From Zygnema circumcarinatum SAG 698-1b (taxonomy: Eukaryota; Plantae; Zygnematophyceae), in the NCBI GenBank assembly GCA_037447605.1, contig CM074810.1, positions 682,001 through 746,000 on the forward strand: a stretch of 64,000 bases of DNA, in the 5' to 3' direction. The notes beneath the pieces were generated by a model. The model saw nothing but the letters and a program-made list of their open reading frames with translations, did not search any database and was not told the DNA's origin. The position numbers and the translations under genes are program-made. Positions 27,096-43,047 of this stretch are shown piece by piece (the stretch's first letter is position 1; each line of letters starts with the position of its first letter).

Positions 27096-28339
27096 TCATG
27101 CATTTGGGATGGCCCCACGAAGGTGGTAACTTTCCATAACTGCCCGAGCTCCGAGCACTACAAGCATATTCTCCAGCTCTTGATTATCCTCGACCATAAG
27201 GGAGATATCTCTAGTTTCCGGTACAATTTTCTGCCTCAAGCACAGCAAGAGCTCTTTTGCAGCAGCTTCACTAACTGCTTTAAAGGGATTGCAATAGTTT
27301 TGGATGGATTGGAAGCACAAAAAGCCTAACAACCTATCAGGAGAGGCCAAATCATTAACACTCAATCCTTCTTTCTTTTCACCAGTCTCAAGCTTCAAAA
27401 GTTGGGACCCTTTCAGTGACCTAAAGCGCGCTACTTGACCTGACAACAAGCCGAACTTGCTCTCTATAACGCTGTCTTCCATAGGGTGAACTACGGTTAG
27501 GTTTTCCAGATTCAGGGAGGGAAGGGCCTCCATGCCGGACCATGGTAGTAAATATTTTGCACTCGGGTAAACGATCTGCATTCCAACGGATCTGTACAGA
27601 CTTAGGGCGGAGGTGTTGTCTCTGAAGCAATTCAGGCACCATTCAGTGCAGCCCTTCGCCTTCAAAAAATCTCCAACGGCCAGCATGAGCACTTTCCCAA
27701 TCCCCTGCTTGCGGTGATCTGTAAGAACAATGAAATTGAATGTTGAATGTAAATCGTTTCTTAAGGTAAATTGTGCTTCGAAAGCGTTAAAAGCCGTCAT
27801 GTGCGTTCTGTAAGTAAGTGGCCGCTTAAGACAGAAGGATAGGAAGATTGGGGAAGAACAGGAACGCTACAAATGAGAAGCTTTGAGCTTTCAAGGAGGC
27901 ATTGGCAATAGTAACTTGATGAATGCCGCTGACTACCAGAACTCTCCCGCTCTGCTCATCCCTGATTCCCCCTCACTTATCAACCATTTCCCCCCTCTCC
28001 CCCCACCCCGACCCCTTAATGCCCACTCCCTCCAACCCCAGCTTCCACATTCCCATCTTTTCCCTCTTCCTTCACCCTTCCCACCCCTCCTCCCTCACCT
28101 TTATCAACGACTACATGTCGGAAGTAGCCCGCCGTTCCGAGCACCTCCACATACGCATATCCTGCCTTCAAACTCCCCTTCATCAAGAAGAAGCTGTGTG
28201 GCGCCAAATCCGTCAGCCATTGCTCCTTCTTTAGAGGATTCATAGGAAGCCCCAGCTCGCCGTAGAAGGAGAGATAGGATTCGTAGTCATGTGGCGTTGC
28301 TTGGAAGAGCTTTAACTCTCTAAGCAGCCCTTCTTCCAT
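27096..28339 (-). CDS. GNAT-family N-acetyltransferase (~287 aa, two coding exons)
   Basis: Exons 28339-28099 and 27718-27096 join in frame (VVVDK|DHRKQGIGKVLM); acetyl-CoA motif A RKQGIG; NTSALSLYRSVGM motif B; second degenerate domain at the C-terminus. Confidence 0.85.
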
Positions 28340-29158
28340 GCCTGAAAATGCAAGACTGCACTTTACGGACAGGGTGAATTATGTGTGCCTAAAATCCACA
28401 GAGGGAAAGAGCATATCAGCTCACCCGCATTTATTTATTTGTTTATTTATTTATTTTTGCTCAGTTGACTTGCGCAAAGCTACCTCTTATCACTCTCGGC
28501 CTGACGGACGCCATTAGGGTTAAGGGATATGCCCTTCCGAGTTCAGGGCCCATGCCACATGCGCACTCCCGTTACGTTTCAAACCTTCGGCGATTATAGC
28601 CGCGTTCATATTACAGTGTTCTGTGTTCACCTTTCTAGAAGTTCTGTTGAGCAATTTTTTGCCAAATGTCATGTGCAATTTTTGTGCAATTTTTTTCTCA
28701 CATCAAATTTTTTGCATACAGGGAATGCGTACACTGTAATGTCGGAGGAAGGATATCCCACATGCATGGAAAGGGTGATGTTGTCTTCACGATGTCGATT
28801 GCTTACGTTTCAAGGACGAAATTTGGTTGGAACATGTGAACATTGAGTTGACATGCCATGGTTTAGCCTTGAAGCCTTGTAGCAAGAAAAGCGTTCGCTC
28901 AATTGTTAAAAATAAGCTTAACAAAAAACATGTCACCAAAAGAGCAATCCACTCGTAAAGAATAATCTGTACAGTTTAACGGCTACGACTTACAGCTATA
29001 AAATGAAAGCCATAGGAGATATCTCACTAGCTATTCCTAACTTTTCTCAACAGAAAGAAACTTGACTTGAAAGGGGATGAAGACTGCTTCTTCAGAAAGT
29101 AACTTTTTGGACATAAAAGAGGTGTCGAGCTTGAGCTTCATTCTTGATGTGCGCCCCA

Positions 29159-30267
29159 TCATAGTCCCTTTGACGACAGTACTTCCAAGAAAGCTTCCCA
29201 CTTCACGCCCTCCTCGACAAATTGCACAGTGGATGGATTGTATGGAGCCCGAATGCGATCCACAGAGAGCACTTTCGTGGTGGCAGGAAGCACAGGCTCA
29301 GAGGGATCTGTTGCTGTTGGCCTCATGATGGATGATGAGTAGCCCTGGCACCATGCATGCCATGCCATGGTCATGCCATGCCATGCAATGGGTGCCAGCA
29401 GTGTAAGCTACATGTCTTCAAATCTTTTGGTGTTTGTAAAGATTTTGAGATCTCAAGGGGATGATGATATGGCAATGTGCAATGGGAGGGTGCAGTCAGA
29501 TTGACAGTGAGTGTGAAGGCAAGAGAGGAGAAGGTACCTTGAAAATGAGCACTTCGTCCTCCTCCCCATCCACTTCAGCGTGCACTAACAACACCTCGCT
29601 CGTCACCTGACGAGTTTTATCACCAAAACTGGCAAAGAAAAATTAGTTTATGTTTTTGTGTTAGCTTTTCCGCCATCATCACATGCCTACTTACAAAGTC
29701 ATTTCATCTGGCTTCCTTTCTAATTCCAACTAAAACATCAGAATGACCAAAGGCAGAATGAATCAACAGTGAGGACCAAGCAAGACTTTTCAAAAAAATA
29801 CAAAAAATTGTGCAAAAAAACAAAAACGAGGAGTCTCTAGCAATTAAAATACAATGGGAATTGGAGACAGGGTTGAGTGAGAGAGTGACGAAGAGTGAGA
29901 GGGAGAGAGGGAGAGAGGAAAGCAGCCATCCACTCACTTTCTCTGTGTATGCTTCCAAGCGTCGAATATTAAACTCCTCTGCTGCAGGTGGAGCACCTCC
30001 TGCATCTGCAGCTGCATTCGCTCTCAAAGGGCTCTCCTTTCCTTTCCTTCCGTCGAATATGATTCCTGCACTCCTATTCACCCTTTCCAGTCCAATTCCA
30101 AGACTTGCATTGCTGTCAGACGCGGATTCTCTTCCAATATTCCCAGAAAATCTACTTCGCTGATTTTGCATCCGCTGCCGGAAGATATCCTTGTTGTTGT
30201 ATGAAGTGGCGCGAAAAGAGTGTGAAGAGACAGGTCTGACAAGAGAGAGGGAGGCAGAGAACGCCAT
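29159..30267 (-). CDS. Plastid-targeted conserved plant/cyanobacterial protein of unknown function (DUF7734-like, name from memory)
   Basis: Exons 30267-29938, 29606-29538, 29344-29159; Ser/Arg-rich transit peptide, then RRLEAYT..EVLLVHAEVDGEEDEVLIFKGYSSSIMRPTATDPSEPVLP..DRIRAPYNP. Confidence 0.8.
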
Positions 30268-30697
30268 GGAGTATTTTGGAGAGCCCTCTCCTCCTCGTCA
30301 CTTTATAACCCTTTTGACTTCCTTTCTAGCTCCCTTTCTCTGTTTCTCTCCCTCTCCTTTTAGGGTTCCAATGGCTCCTTTAAAGCCTATCTTGAATGTA
30401 ATTTGTGTACAGTTACAGTATGTCCTCCCACTTGTTGTCCCTTCCCTGCTTGCCTACATCCTAGTGCCTGCAAGCAGCTTTCGTCCAGATCCACCATGCC
30501 TAATCAACTTTTAAGCAAAGGTTGATCGAAATACGAAATCATTCGATCAACCGTGGCGCGTTCAAAATTGAGCTCATTCCACTGTTAAGATCCACTCAAA
30601 GCACTTGAATCTCACTTCCCATTGGCAAAGTCGATTGGCCAAAGTCCTAGAAACGTTTACAGTTGATCTCGTGGACTCGGCAAGTGAACTCGGAGCC

Positions 30698-30970
30698 ATG
30701 GCTGCCATGCTGCTGGCAGGGTCCAAGGAGTCAAACCCTACAACAGAGATGGCCCTGATGCAGGAGGAGAGGAAGGAGGGAGAGGAGCTTGAGAAGGAAG
30801 CCATGGCGGAGGGCGTCGCTGCCTTCAATCACGAGGCTTCGGCTGACACGTGTTCCTTTTGGGTGGCTCGGAAGCGACGGATGTGCTGCAATAAGGTCAA
30901 GCCCGGGCACAGGTGAGAGCGTTAGAAGAGAGGGAGAGAGAGAGAGGGGGAGAGAGAGAGGTAAAAAGAT

Positions 30971-31001
<31 letters not shown>

Positions 31002-33977
31002 AAATTTAACACAAGGGAATAAAGGAAATTGCATATGCAGATAATGGCAGGATGTACGCATATTATGGCAATTTGAACCCAATGAAAGTTGAAGGAAGGC
31101 TGTAAAACACTTCAGGTCTTGTTTCTTTGAGCTTTTTGTCTTCACTTTTTTCCAACGATGAGGATGATTGAAGCTTTACGTTTAAGTCTCTGCAGATTCT
31201 GTGGAAACCACCTGCCTTCAAACGCCGACAAGCGCGTTCCATGCCCTCTCGATCCTTCCCAGTAAGTTGATCCTCTTAGAGAATTTGGGCACATTCACTG
31301 CTAAACCCATTTCTCCAGCCATGACGACTCCATGCCATGCATACATAAAAATGGACTACTGGGCCTCTTTACATCTCGCAACCATTCTGACTTTTAATGC
31401 CCTCTGCATTTTGTGGCTTTCTTTCTTTCTGACCCTTTTCTTTCTCTCATATTCATGTCTATCAGCTCAGTGGTTGAATCAGATGTCTCCACACACATCT
31501 TGCGTTGTCCTACTGCGAAGCGCCAGCTGGCAGCTTTAGAGCAGCCGTACTTTAAAGCTCGTGTTAATGCAGACAGTGATGATGAGGGAGAGGCTTTATG
31601 TAGCGAAGGCCAATTGAATTTCGATAGTGCTCGCCATTCAAATAATGGCAACAATGGAGACATAATTCGCATAGGGGATGTGGAGACGGTGGAGGTTGAA
31701 GTAAGGGATTGCGGCGGAGAGGAAGAGAGATTGGACCTGCTTTTGGAAAGGCAAGGTGGTGTTGTGAGAGATAAAGATAAAGCAAAGAGAAGCAAAGGTA
31801 ATGGATACGAGAGTAGGATGGAGAAAGTGGTCGAGACACGGAATGAGAAAGCGGTGAGAAATGGGAAAAGAGCGACAGTTTTGGAATTAAAGGAGGTCGA
31901 GTTTTGGAGAATTGTGAAGAAGATCGAGGCTGCATATGAACGGAATTGCTCGGAGCCACGAAAAGTTGTCATCTTGCGACCCAAAGAGTGTGATGATTGG
32001 CTAGGAGAGGGAAGGAGAAGGTACGGAAAATCATAAACCGAAGCTTGATACTGTGAGAAAGGGGCAAGGGGGAGACAATTGTCTTGATCTTTGAATGCTT
32101 GGATTCATCCTCCCTCCCCCCCCTTCCCCCTCTTTTCTTTTTTTTTTCTTTTTTGTCTTTGAAGGGCTTTTCCTGGCTGTTCTGCCTCTCCTTGTGTCCT
32201 GTCTTGACTAGCAGAGATATTCCTTTCTCGGAAAAGCATGCAATTCAGCAAGCATCAATTCTCGGAAACATGGCTGCTATTGGCCTCTTGAAGCCTGTCT
32301 CAGAGAAAATGGCCAATGGGGAGGCGCCAGGTGGCGTGGGGAGCGAACCTGTTTATGTGGAATTTGGAGCTGGAAGAGGATATTTATCACACATGATGTG
32401 GAATTGCTATGGAGCAAAACGATTCGTAATGATTGAACGAGAGGGCTACAAATTTAAGGCAAGTCTCTTGTAAATATGAGCTGCTGATTTGATGATTGAG
32501 GACGGAAGGATGAAGGTTTGAATGAACTGTATGGAACTCAACTCAGCAGAAAACTGACAGGAGGGAACGGGATTTGTATCAAAATGTGACTTTTACAAAG
32601 GGTTGGTTGGTTTCGTACACCTTGCAAAGATGCTAATATAAGAAGGGTCCCTTCAATGCAGGCTGACCGGTCCATGAAGAAGGGGGAAGACGTGGAGATG
32701 ACTCGGCTTCGAATTGACAGTAAGCATTGCAGCTCTGCTTACTCATCTTTATCTGTAAAGTTTGAGTTTGCAAATCCATTCAGTACTCAGTTCCACATAC
32801 ATAAGCACAAAGGCTCAGAAGCGGCGGCAGCCACGACGTTAGTATGTGTAAACATGTGTAATTTTTGGGCTTGTACTTCACCTGCCAGAAACTTTTCTGT
32901 GTGAACATTTCAAAGAAGTCCTTCACATTTCTTGGGAGGGTGACAAGCACTAGTTTCAAGTGTCTGTGCTAATTATTCAAATCCTGGAGGGTATCTCAGT
33001 TGCAGATTTACAGCTTTCAGGCATTCCCGCTCTGCAGGGCCGACCATTCGTTGCAATGAGCAAACACCTTTGTGGGGCTGCAACAGGTGTCGATCTGTGA
33101 GCCATTCTCATGCACATGCTGCCATATGCATGTTGTGAATTGTATACCTATTTAGCTGCCCTCATTTCCTCATGAAACTTTCAATTTCTGCTCTCAACAG
33201 ATTTGACACTCAGATGCTGCTTCAAAAATATGTGCGATGAACACACCCAGTTAGGGCTACCTAGTGATGGACCTGAACCGGAAAACCAAAAGGAGACGAT
33301 GTGTGAGAGAGGAGGTGGAGAGAGTCCCCTGAGAGGACTCGCAATTGCTACGTGTTGTCATCATCTCTGCGAATGGCAGAGCTATGTTAGTAAGCACCTC
33401 GTACCTTCATTTCACCATGCACTAATCCTCTTCAAATAGATCATTCTGACTGCTTCATTCGCCCATCCTGATGTGAAACTCATTGCTTATTTTTTTGGCA
33501 GACAAGAGCTTCTTCCGGGATCAAGATTTCTCTCCCTCTGAATTTGACATCCTTACGTGGTTCACGAGCTGGGCAATCTTAACTGATTCCGAGGATCGAT
33601 CCTGTGACCTGCAAATGAGCTCCCATGGTTCTCATCCGACTCAAGAACATGAGCAGAGCATGGAGACAGTTCCTCCAGCAGCGAACTTGGCAGTTACAAG
33701 CACGTCAGGTTACATCCCAAGACTTGCTCCATGTGACAACGGAGAACTGAAACTGTCGCCCATGGAGCCCGTCCATGGAGGGGGGGCAATCAGCTTTGAC
33801 GTGTTGGCTGCCATGGAAGCTTCTGAGAAGGTGCGTTTTGGACTGAAGTGCAAGAGGCTCCTTGATGCGGGGCGGACGCAGTGGCTTCTTCAGAGAGGTC
33901 TCCGAGCTCAGGTGGTGGAATACATCGAAAGGAGGGTCTCGCCTGAAAATGGGCTTTTACTTGGATGGTGGAAATAA
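30698..33977 (+). CDS. TRM13: tRNA:m4X 2'-O-methyltransferase
   Basis: N-terminal zinc fingers (CSFWVARKRRMC..FCGNH; RVPCPLDPSHSV..HILRC), KHAIQQASILG, YVEFGAGRGYLS, RLRIDIADL, MSKHLCGAATDLTLRC, LAIATCCHHLC, SPENGLL; TAA at 33975-33977. Confidence 0.93.
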
Positions 33978-33996
33978 CTATAGACTACATACACCC

Positions 33997-35080
<1,084 letters not shown>

Positions 35081-35891
35081 AAGTCATCGACAACAACAAC
35101 AAAAGAGCCATTACAATTTGGGGATCAAGTGAGCAAGTTCTTCCATTCATGGGTTAGAGCAGACTCTTTATTTAGTCGTTAAGTTTATGAATTTGTGTTG
35201 TACAGAGGAGAGATAATTCATTGGGGCTGAAATTCTGAAACCTTTCGTGTTATAGCAAGAAATTTGTGGATCTTGAGCCCTTCACACTTAGCAGCGTGCC
35301 TTTGAAGCCCACAACAAGAGCAAGCTTTCTAGAGGGAAGGTGCCACGATTACGACATCGTATCGCATCGTAACCTCTCGGTTTAATCGTATCGTATCGCT
35401 TCCGACGTTGCCAGCGCGGCATGGCGTGCAAATATCAAGACTTGCCGGCCGGCCGAAACCGGTTCGGAATATCGCTAAACGACAGAATTGCCCGAACAAT
35501 CAAAAAGCGCAGAACGCACGCAACGGTCCGATATAATAATTTGGAGCTGAAACATTTTTCCTTTGTCTGGAACGCAAATGTTTCTCTGACCGTCAGTTGA
35601 GTCGCGGATGGCGGAAAAATGGCAGTCACGTGACTAAAGATGATTCGCCGAGGGGGTACATGACGCAATTTGCTAACGTGGGCCATTCAGAGAGTGCCAC
35701 GTGTCATAGGTGGCAGAATCTAATTGGATGGAACCTTTGTGCCTGTATTGTACCAGTTTTTTTTTTTTTCGGAGTTACCGCGATCCTGTCCTGTTAGGAT
35801 GCGAACGGCCACGGCGATCGGCTGAGCTCTTCGATGGGACACGTCTCGTTCCGGGACGCCGAGGTCAAATTGGAGTCGTCCATTGGGGCCC

Positions 35892-36824
35892 AATGCGCAA
35901 TCGGTTCCTTTCACTCCTTGTTGCTGCGTCCCATCTCGTCAAACGGCCAGGCTGGAGGTGTACGCAGCTGGATTAAGTGGTCTGCTTCTAGGCTTTGCCA
36001 TTGGCCTGCGCTCACGTTCGAGGTCAAGACGTGCATTCCGCCCTCCACCTTCACCGTTGGGTCTTTAGCTCCTACTTCACCCGGCTAGTGGGCACATACA
36101 TGTTTCGGAGTATGGGCCTGAACCTGCCAACGATGCTGAAAGCGGACGTCTCACATAGTCGATTCTCGTCAATGTGGCAAATGTGGCAATTACGGCCATT
36201 TTGTTAGGCGCCATGGTCTTTTCTATCTTACTTTTGCACACAAGACAAAAGCACAACGAAAACCAAGAAAATGAGGAAAGCAATCGCCAGAAGGACATGG
36301 AATGATCATTTTACCGACAACTCATGATTGGTATGTGGAATGTAGACAGTCTACTAATAAACCAGTTTTGGATATTGCGGTAATGTCAATTCCTTGCTCA
36401 ACTGAGCTACTAATGCTGAGCTGCTTTGGTCTCAAAGTGAGTGCACCAATAGCTAGTAATTACTTCGTGCTTTTGTCTGGTGTGCAAAAATGAGATAGAA
36501 AAGACTGTAGCGCTTGCTACAATGGCCGCATTTAGTGCAGTTGCCACATTGTCGAGAAACGACTGTGTGAGACATCAACTATCAGCATAGTTGGCAGGTT
36601 TAGGCCCATACTCGGAAACATGTATGCGCCTACCAGCCGGGTGATGAAGGGGTTGAAGAACCAAGGGTGAAGGTGGAGGGCGGAATGCGCGTCTTCGAAC
36701 GTGCGCGCAGGCCAATGGCCAAGCCTAGAAGCACAACACTTAATCCAGTTGCATACACCTCTAGCCTGGCCGTTTGACGAGATGGGACGCAGCAACAAGG
36801 AGAGAGCGGAACCGACCTCGCATT
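35892..36824. repeat. Long diverged inverted repeat (arms ~35892-36254 and ~36467-36824, spacer ~210 bp)
   Basis: Arms are reverse complements at roughly 80% identity by eye, including an exact stretch CTCCTTGTTGCTGCGTCCCATCTCGTCAAACGGCCAGGCT. Confidence 0.92.
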
Positions 36825-37291
36825 AAACGACAGAGTTTCCCGCCCGTGCTCCAGCCGGCTGACCTGTACCAAACAGCCACAGTCTGGCCGGCAGCCGGCC
36901 GGCAAGTCGAGTCCCATATCGATACCGAGCTACTTTCACAATACGATACGACACCGTAATACTGAGATATCGCGATACGAAGCCGCTGCGAGCATGATTG
37001 CGAATGTCTCTCTCTGTCTCTCTCTCGTCTGTGGAGGAGGGGGCTGCATTCGTCCATGCTTGCACTCCTGCAGATGAGACTGAAGGAATAAGGGTTTCAA
37101 TTTTCAGCGGCGGTTTTGAAATTCGACAAATTTCTGGTGATGGAAGATGATGAGAAGAAACGGGGAAGGGAACGGTCGAGCGTTGCTGAATTATTAGAAA
37201 TTTGATTTTTGGGGTTAGAGCGCTTAGCCTTGTGTCGCAGAATTGGGGATTCGAGGGTGCAAAAGTTTCTGCTTCCGACGTTTTTCGCAGA

Positions 37292-38953
37292 ATGCAACCT
37301 CACAATGCTCCACATGGGGCAAAGAAGAAGAATCGTCGCCAAGAAGATGCGGAAGGCACACTTGTACTTCCCCTTCTTTTAATTCGAGCATCAATGCTAT
37401 TGCTTCAATGGAAGTTTAGGCTTCAAGCTGCTATTGCGGCAATGTGGGATGTTGTGAGACGATACATTCAACCACTTGCAGAACGCTGTATTCTTGCATG
37501 GCTTACAAGGTGGCTTATCTATTTCAACCTTGGACACGTGGCTTCATTTTTTAATCTATGGGTTCTCTCTCCACTCCCCCCTGCTCCTGCGTCTGCTTCT
37601 GATGCCCCAGCTATGGCATCCATCTCATCTCTTTGGTTGAGCAGTGTCTTGTACGAGAGAGGAATAATTGATAATGTGAAAGTTAGGTTGATTTCTGTGT
37701 CAATTGAAAGCGTAGGAGATAATAGAGGTCTCGTTAGCGCCATTTATCGCTTGAGATTGCACTACTCTTGTACAGAAGCAGAGGCAGAAGCAGAGAGAGG
37801 GAAAGGAGCAGGAGAGACAAGTCTTGTAAAGTTTGATGCTCCTAGGGTGGTTGCTGGGTCCTTACCATCCACCCTAATATTAAAGATGAATAGTGTGATT
37901 TCCTTAAAGAAACGAATGAACTGCATTGCCCGGGAGCTATGTAGAGAGGCGCTGTTTTTGCAAAAGCATGGTCATGACATCCATGGATTTCTCCCGGAGA
38001 TTTTTTACACTTCTGCGTCACCCTTTTTGGGATCCTTTGCAATCCTGATGGAGGATTTAGAGCCCTATAGCACCGGCTTAAACTTCTATTTTGGCAACCA
38101 AATATGGGGTATAAAGCCGCTTGCAGCTCCTAGAGACCCACGACGAGTATTGGAAGATGTTGTGTGTTGTGCTGCAAAGCTTCACGCTTCTCGATGGAAC
38201 GATATGTCTCTTTTTCAAGAAAGTGAACTGAAAGCAGTAAGCTGGTATCAAGGCCAAGATGAAGCTTTATGGACTTTAGCCATGGATGCCGGAAGGGCTT
38301 CGTGGGAGAAAGCAAAGAGAAACAGGGCAATTGACGAGTGTTCGGGAACATCCAAGGTTACATGGTCTCAGAAATTGATCAATGTTATTGACAGGTCTTA
38401 CAGATATGCCTCATGGAAGGCTTTACAAGACCATCTGAATGATAAGTCTGTGCCATTCACTCTCACCCATGGAGACTTCCATGCTTCAAACATGATGTGG
38501 ACTACGAAATTGAGAGATAGATTCGGTTCATCTGATGGGAGAAACACGGATGATTCGGAGTGTGAAGGTTCCCTGATTCTGTTAGATTTCTCAGAGGTGG
38601 GCATTTGGGAGCCCATGACTGACATTGGGCAGCTGATGATATCTGACATAGAACCGGAGTTGCGAAGGAGCTGTGAAAAAGAGCTGCTTGAGCTTTATTG
38701 GAGACGGTTAACCAACCAAGGAGGTGTGTCTCCCAACGAGTTTCCATTTCACAAGTGTTGGGAGCTCTATGAGAAGGGGTCTGTTGAGAGGTGGATATGG
38801 CTGTTCTCTGTGTTGGCCTCCCATGGTTTGCCTCCCGCTGCAGTTCAGTATTTCCATGATCAACTGTTGTCTTTCATTGAAGATCATGGAGATCATCCCC
38901 TGTATCAGCTCAAACCTGTTGTTGCAGTCATGCCGGACAGAGTCACAAATTGA
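37292..38953 (+). CDS. Intronless APH/choline-kinase-like (ecdysteroid-kinase-like) phosphotransferase, ~553 aa
   Basis: Single open frame with LILK, REALF, ILMEDL, Brenner motif HGDFHASN and LLDF; hydrophobic N-terminal segments. The start codon is uncertain. Confidence 0.85.
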   Translation: MQPHNAPHGAKKKNRRQEDAEGTLVLPLLLIRASMLLLQWKFRLQAAIAAMWDVVRRYIQPLAERCILAWLTRWLIYFNLGHVASFFNLWVLSPLPPAPASASDAPAMASISSLWLSSVLYERGIIDNVKVRLISVSIESVGDNRGLVSAIYRLRLHYSCTEAEAEAERGKGAGETSLVKFDAPRVVAGSLPSTLILKMNSVISLKKRMNCIARELCREALFLQKHGHDIHGFLPEIFYTSASPFLGSFAILMEDLEPYSTGLNFYFGNQIWGIKPLAAPRDPRRVLEDVVCCAAKLHASRWNDMSLFQESELKAVSWYQGQDEALWTLAMDAGRASWEKAKRNRAIDECSGTSKVTWSQKLINVIDRSYRYASWKALQDHLNDKSVPFTLTHGDFHASNMMWTTKLRDRFGSSDGRNTDDSECEGSLILLDFSEVGIWEPMTDIGQLMISDIEPELRRSCEKELLELYWRRLTNQGGVSPNEFPFHKCWELYEKGSVERWIWLFSVLASHGLPPAAVQYFHDQLLSFIEDHGDHPLYQLKPVVAVMPDRVTN

Positions 38954-39574
38954 TGTTTGTGTATATAGTGTGCCTTAGGGAGAAAGCAATGAGTCATAGG
39001 CCTGTCCAAATAGCCCTAAGACTCATACGTCTCTTTTACTTTAAGTCTTGTTCAATGCAAGTGATTTTACTTCGTAATTCGAGTGCACATGTGCTGTTTT
39101 GACAGCAGTGGCTGATGTGAAACATGAAATGGGTAATGCTGCTGAGGGTCTGACCAGTCTTCAAATGTATATTGAGCTATTGAGGGCAATGGTGAGGGCA
39201 ATGGTGAGGGCAATAGTACATTCCAACACCACTTCACATCAGAGGGGAGAGAGACAGGGCGAGAGGGAGAGGGAGAGGGAGGGGGACCACAACCCAACAA
39301 CCTAAACTTTCAGAAGCAGCATATTTCTTTGTGTACATAAATTCGAATATTACTCATAAATATGCGGTTCTTGCAATGCGACCTGAACCTAACGGACCTT
39401 CATGCTACATGATAAATGTAAACCTCCAGCCACAACACTTTTCTGAACCCCATCTTCATTTTTGCTCTTTTCGTGAATCTATCACCTTGGAGAGTTCTGT
39501 GCAGCTCATGCCCATATTGACGTGTCAAGATGATGGCAAGCATACCTAAGTTTTTTCTCAAAAGAATTTACGTT

Positions 39575-41645
<2,071 letters not shown>

Positions 41646-43047
41646 GGTAACCTTATCTCTTTAACTTAATCAGGGGAGTTTCACAGACAGGTTTGACAGT
41701 TGAAGAATGAAGATGTTGTCGGTATCTGTGAGCGAGGGAAACGGTGGTATGGGGTTTGTGAGCTTGAGGAGGAGTAGTAATTTTTCATTTTTTAACATCA
41801 ATCTGCATACTATCTTTAATGGGTTGACTATGAAGAGGGGGGGGGGTCAAAAGGAAGAGAGAAGAGCAGGTGAAAGATTAAGAGAGAAAGAGATTGGAGG
41901 AGAGGAGATGGTCGAGTGGAGAGGATCGCAGAGAGGGAGAGGAGAGATCGTAAGGGAGTGGGGGAGAAAAGGCGGTGGACAGAAACGGGAGGTAAACGGT
42001 TGCAGGGAAGAGGAAGCAGTTTCAGAGAATTGGAGAGGAGGATCAGAACACACAAGCAGCTGAAGTAAGAAAAGAATCCCCTCACTTAAGCGAGAAGCAA
42101 GCATAGCTGAGCATAGCTGCATAGCTGAGCATAGCATAGCATAGCTCAACCCAAATAACCAAACAATCGATCAGATCCACGGTAAGCACGATTCCCACGT
42201 ATCAGATCAGCAAAACCCAATTCAATCAGCACCCCAAAAATAGCTTCATTTGTAGCACAGGATCTGTTTTTCTTCAGTGCCCCCACAACCCACTTTCGTC
42301 ACAAACACATTAAACCCAAAAACTGAAGCGGCGGAATCATCAAAAACTTAATTGCGACCTACACCGAGAAGAAGTCTATTGTTCCACTTACCCTCTCTCT
42401 CTTCCCTCCCTCGCTAACCTCCCTCTCCCCCTCTCCTCCCTCTCTTCCTCTCCTCTCCCTCTCCCACTCAGCGGGAGTGTCTCTCTCAGTTCAAGACAGT
42501 GCGAGTGCGGCCCAAAACCGTCATCAAATGCGTGGAGTGAAACTTCCCACAACTTTCCAAAGCGAGGCCGCGGGCCGCGTGTCGCACTACTAACCATTGG
42601 CACCGTGCTTGTGATGATTATAGAATCAGTATTATTCAACATGATGTTCTCTTGGATTTCTGCAATATCAATGTACTGATTCAACGTTTGTTTGTTTGAG
42701 AAATTCCCAAAAATTTGCAACGAGATTCTGCCTGCCAAAGTTCCAAGTGGGCGTCGGCGTGACGTGACGCGGCAGGCTGAGGCTTCTAGCGGCGGTGGCC
42801 GTTCCGTGTGACAGTTAAACATAGCCATCAACTGAGAAACGAGTAAGTTCTATGTTTCACATAACAGTTCTGTGCTGCAGATCAGTCCAACAACCCGTCA
42901 AACGCCGCTGCTACTTACATAGAAACGACAGTCTGACTCCCATATAATCTGCGCCCAATCCACGAATGAGCGCGTGCCACGTGTTAAGAAGTTCTCCCTT
43001 TCAGCCAATTTTCTCAGCCCCCGCCACGTGGCACTTGACGCGGTTCC

